Shown: piece after piece, positions 13,456 to 16,153 of the stretch | Layout: every line of letters starts with the position of its first letter | Position numbering within the stretch: position 1 is the stretch's first letter | Assembly (NCBI GenBank): GCA_043779265.1 | Contig: JAYWEM010000170.1 | Coordinates: forward strand, 1 to 16,153 | Length of the DNA: 16,153 nucleotides | Source: a bacterium | GTDB lineage: Bacteria; Eisenbacteria; RBG-16-71-46 | Direction of reading: 5' to 3' | Program-made: the position numbers and the translations under genes | Notes under the pieces: generated by a model | Database searches by the model: none | The model's input: the letters and a program-made list of their open reading frames with translations, nothing else | What the model was told of the DNA's origin: nothing

Positions 13456-16152
13456 TCAGCGAGTCAGAACCAGCCGCACGCGCCGCGTGGAACCCTCGCT
13501 CGTGAGGCGGGCGAAGTAGACCCCCGCGCGCACGGCGCGCCCGCTGCCGTCTCGGCCGTTCCACCCCACGGCGCGTTCTCCCGCCACGTGCTCCCCATGC
13601 GCGAGCGTGCGCACTCGGCGGCCCTGCGAGTCATACAGTTCGAGCGTCGCGTGCGCCGCGCGCGGCAGCGTGAAGCGCAACGTGGTTGCGCCCCGCGTGG
13701 GATTCGGACTCGCCGCGGAGAGGCCGAACGTGCGGGCCGCGACGCCGTCCTCCTCGTCGATACTCGTGGTCGCTGTTCCCACCCAGACCAGATCGACATT
13801 CGAGAGATCATCCAGGATGCGATCGACTGCGAAACCCGAACCCCTCCTGACCACGCCGAACTCGTCGGCGTAGGTCCCCACATAGACGTCCTGGTTCGGC
13901 ACCGCCACGATCGCGGGCATCTCGTACTGCCAGAAGAAGTACGGCTGCAGATCGACCAGCGTGGTGAACGCCCCGGCGTCCCGCGTGACGCTCAGGAGGT
14001 TCCGCGCCGCCGTGGGGCCGGCTGGATGGCTCGTCGTGAGCCAGCTCCCGTCCAGGTCCAGCGTGAGACCGAAGAGCAAGCCACCACCCGGAGGCAGATA
14101 GCGCTGGTAGGCCGTCGGGTTCGCGGGATCGATCCGCATCAGCGAGGAGTTGGTGTTCACGCCGATGATCCCATCGGGGCTCACCACCACGCGGTGACCC
14201 ACACCGAGCGTCTGTGGACTCGTGTCGTTGAGGATCGTGGTCACCGCCCCGGTCCTCGGGTTGTACCGACGCACTCGGAGTCCGAGGCCGCTCTGGTATC
14301 CCGAGAACACCAGCGTGCTGTCGCGAAGGTCCTCCGCGACGTCGTTCGGCGTGTCCATGCCGAGCGTGGTGCCGAAGGTGGGCGGCAGGATCTGGAACGA
14401 GAGCTGGTGGGGATTCAGCCTGAAGCAGGGCTGGCCTGCGACCCAGATCGTGCCGTCGGCGGCGCGGCCCATGCCGCGCGAGTTCTCGAGTGAGCCGCAC
14501 AGGAGCGGCTGCCACCCGGTGCCGAGAGAGGGGTCCTGATAGCGAAGTCCATCGGAGTTGTGGAGGGTGACCAGGTGGTTCGCCGGCGGCAGCGGCACGG
14601 CGAGCACGCTGAGCTCGGTGACCAGCGCGTTCGAGCAAGCGCCATGACCACCGACTGCGAGCAGGTCGGTCCGGCAGGAGACCAGGTCCACGCGTACGCG
14701 GAACCGGATCACCACGCTGTCCAGCGCCGCGGCCGTTCCGCTCCACGAGATCGTGCGGGTGCCGGAGTTCCATAGCGTCCCCACCGGCGGCGTGCCGATG
14801 AAGGGCGAATCCGACAAGGTGGAGAGCTCCACCGGCAGGGCAAGCGACACGGACGCCGGGCTCGCGGACGCCGAGCTGTTATGGAGGCGAAGGTCGAGAT
14901 CGAGATCGGCCCCCGGCCGACACGCGATCATGCGGTTGTACTCGGGGGACGACCACCACTGCACCGGACCGTGGCTCGGGCTCTCGATCGCGAGTCGGAA
15001 CGGCGACGGGGCAACCGCGAAGCTCTGCGTGGAGATCGCGGTGGCCATGGTGAACGAGCAGACATTGCGCAGGAACACGGTGGTGCCACGATTGAGGAGC
15101 TCGATGGTGGCCTGCGCGCCCCGGCACGGCTTGATCGCCGTCTCGTAGACCACGTCGATCGTGGAGTTCGCGGGGACGAGCCCTTTCCAGGACAGGCTCG
15201 TGAGGCTCGAGAGCACGGAGCCGCTCGTCACGCTCACGACTTGCGCGATCTCCGACGAGACCCCCGGCTGCACGCTGAACGAGAGGCTGTCGTGGTTCGT
15301 CATGCTCATGTTGCCGATGCGCACCGTGTAGCGCACGCGGTCGCCGGGCTGAAGCGGAGTGGGGGCGAGCGCCGAGGAGAGGAGGGTCAACGACAGTCCG
15401 ATGGTCGTCGGCAACGTGACGGTGGTGATGAGAGTCGGCGAGCCCACAACGGTCCCGCCCGGCGTACCGGTGATCGAGTACGAGGCGTTCTGGATCGAGG
15501 ACACGTTGCAGCTCGCCTGCACGGTGATCGTTCGCGAGGTCTGCGAGTTCCCGTTCAGCGTGCCGAGCGCCCAGGTGACCGCCCGGGTCGATGGGTTGTA
15601 GGTGCCCGCGCCCGAAGCCGACAGGAAGGTCGCGCCGAACGGGAGGACGTCGACCATCGACACGTTGCTCGAGGCGAGGGCGCCCGCATTGCTCGCGGTG
15701 AGCGTGTACTGGAACACCGCCCCGCGAACCGCGGTCGCGGGGCCCGAGAGTGCGATGTGGAGCTCCGTGACCGGACACATCGCGTCGGCGCAGGTCTGAC
15801 CCGAGGTCCAGGTCCCCACACAGTCAGCCTGATGAGTCTGCGAACAGCCGAGCACCCCGCAGCAGGCGCCGTAGGGTGCACTCGGCACGATGCAGCTCAC
15901 GTAGGGCACGGGACCGCCGGCGAACGGGCCGGATGGGCCCCCTGTGCGGTAAACGACAACCGTGTCCGGCGTGCCCAGCTCGACGTAGGCGGCAGGGTTG
16001 TTCGCGCGCGGTGGCCCGGGGATGGAGGCCTGGCCGATCGACGCCGGGCAGAGCTCGACGGGCGAGTAGTGGGCGCCGCCGATGCCCGCGACATCGTTCG
16101 GCACCGAGGCCATGGTTCCCGCTGGCGCGAACGACATCGGGTTGAGTGGCAG
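13456..16152 (-). CDS. Large secreted/surface protein: Cys-rich GACC module, DUF11-like Ig repeats, beta-propeller-like region, C-terminal FlgD-Ig domain (5' end outside window)
   Basis: The frame stays open upstream of ATG 16137 to the window edge. Contains GACCGVLGCSQTHQADCVGTWTSGQTCADAMCP, DUF11-like YTLTASNAG...DVLPFGATFLSASGAGTY...VTWALGTL and PGDRVRYTVRIGN, and the tail SPNPTRGATTLRFTLP...LELYDSQGRRVRTL...WNGRDGSGRAVRAGVYFARL. Confidence 0.9.
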   Translation of the reverse strand: MPLNPMSFAPAGTMASVPNDVAGIGGAHYSPVELCPASIGQASIPGPPRANNPAAYVELGTPDTVVVYRTGGPSGPFAGGPVPYVSCIVPSAPYGACCGVLGCSQTHQADCVGTWTSGQTCADAMCPVTELHIALSGPATAVRGAVFQYTLTASNAGALASSNVSMVDVLPFGATFLSASGAGTYNPSTRAVTWALGTLNGNSQTSRTITVQASCNVSSIQNASYSITGTPGGTVVGSPTLITTVTLPTTIGLSLTLLSSALAPTPLQPGDRVRYTVRIGNMSMTNHDSLSFSVQPGVSSEIAQVVSVTSGSVLSSLTSLSWKGLVPANSTIDVVYETAIKPCRGAQATIELLNRGTTVFLRNVCSFTMATAISTQSFAVAPSPFRLAIESPSHGPVQWWSSPEYNRMIACRPGADLDLDLRLHNSSASASPASVSLALPVELSTLSDSPFIGTPPVGTLWNSGTRTISWSGTAAALDSVVIRFRVRVDLVSCRTDLLAVGGHGACSNALVTELSVLAVPLPPANHLVTLHNSDGLRYQDPSLGTGWQPLLCGSLENSRGMGRAADGTIWVAGQPCFRLNPHQLSFQILPPTFGTTLGMDTPNDVAEDLRDSTLVFSGYQSGLGLRVRRYNPRTGAVTTILNDTSPQTLGVGHRVVVSPDGIIGVNTNSSLMRIDPANPTAYQRYLPPGGGLLFGLTLDLDGSWLTTSHPAGPTAARNLLSVTRDAGAFTTLVDLQPYFFWQYEMPAIVAVPNQDVYVGTYADEFGVVRRGSGFAVDRILDDLSNVDLVWVGTATTSIDEEDGVAARTFGLSAASPNPTRGATTLRFTLPRAAHATLELYDSQGRRVRTLAHGEHVAGERAVGWNGRDGSGRAVRAGVYFARLTSEGSTRRVRLVLTR

Positions 16153-16153
16153 C

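Noticed and set aside
1..16153. CRISPR arrays, tRNA/rRNA, IS elements, prophage or defence genes
   Set aside because: No spaced direct repeats, cloverleafs, transposase/integrase motifs or obvious compositional shift seen by eye; intergenic gaps are all under 300 nt.

Overview
High-GC bacterial chromosomal window (about 70% GC by eye) from a diderm organism. The FlgD-Ig C-termini, the '...SWGRLKSLYR' tail and the kinase-propeller fusion suggest Candidatus Eisenbacteria or a related FCB-associated lineage; this is inference only. A minus-strand run reads: secreted Met-zincin metalloprotease -> secreted amidohydrolase -> DUF2946-like leader peptide (signal peptide, HHHDEC/CxxC, C-terminal RGPP) -> TonB-dependent receptor -> efp (non-canonical PGNL tip) -> membrane Ser/Thr kinase (runs off the left edge, absent from the ORF track). 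The plus strand carries a small exported protein, a Cys-rich exported protein split by a -1 frameshift at a G5 run, a deoxyhypusine-synthase-like gene and a chalcone-isomerase-fold protein. These converge on a large DUF11/FlgD-Ig surface protein that runs off the right edge. The best signal is an apparently complete nascent-chain metal-sensing switch: the Pro-Pro codons of the RGPP motif are themselves an anti-Shine-Dalgarno for the receptor gene, and an unusual EF-P lies directly downstream. I saw no RNA genes, CRISPR arrays or mobile elements.
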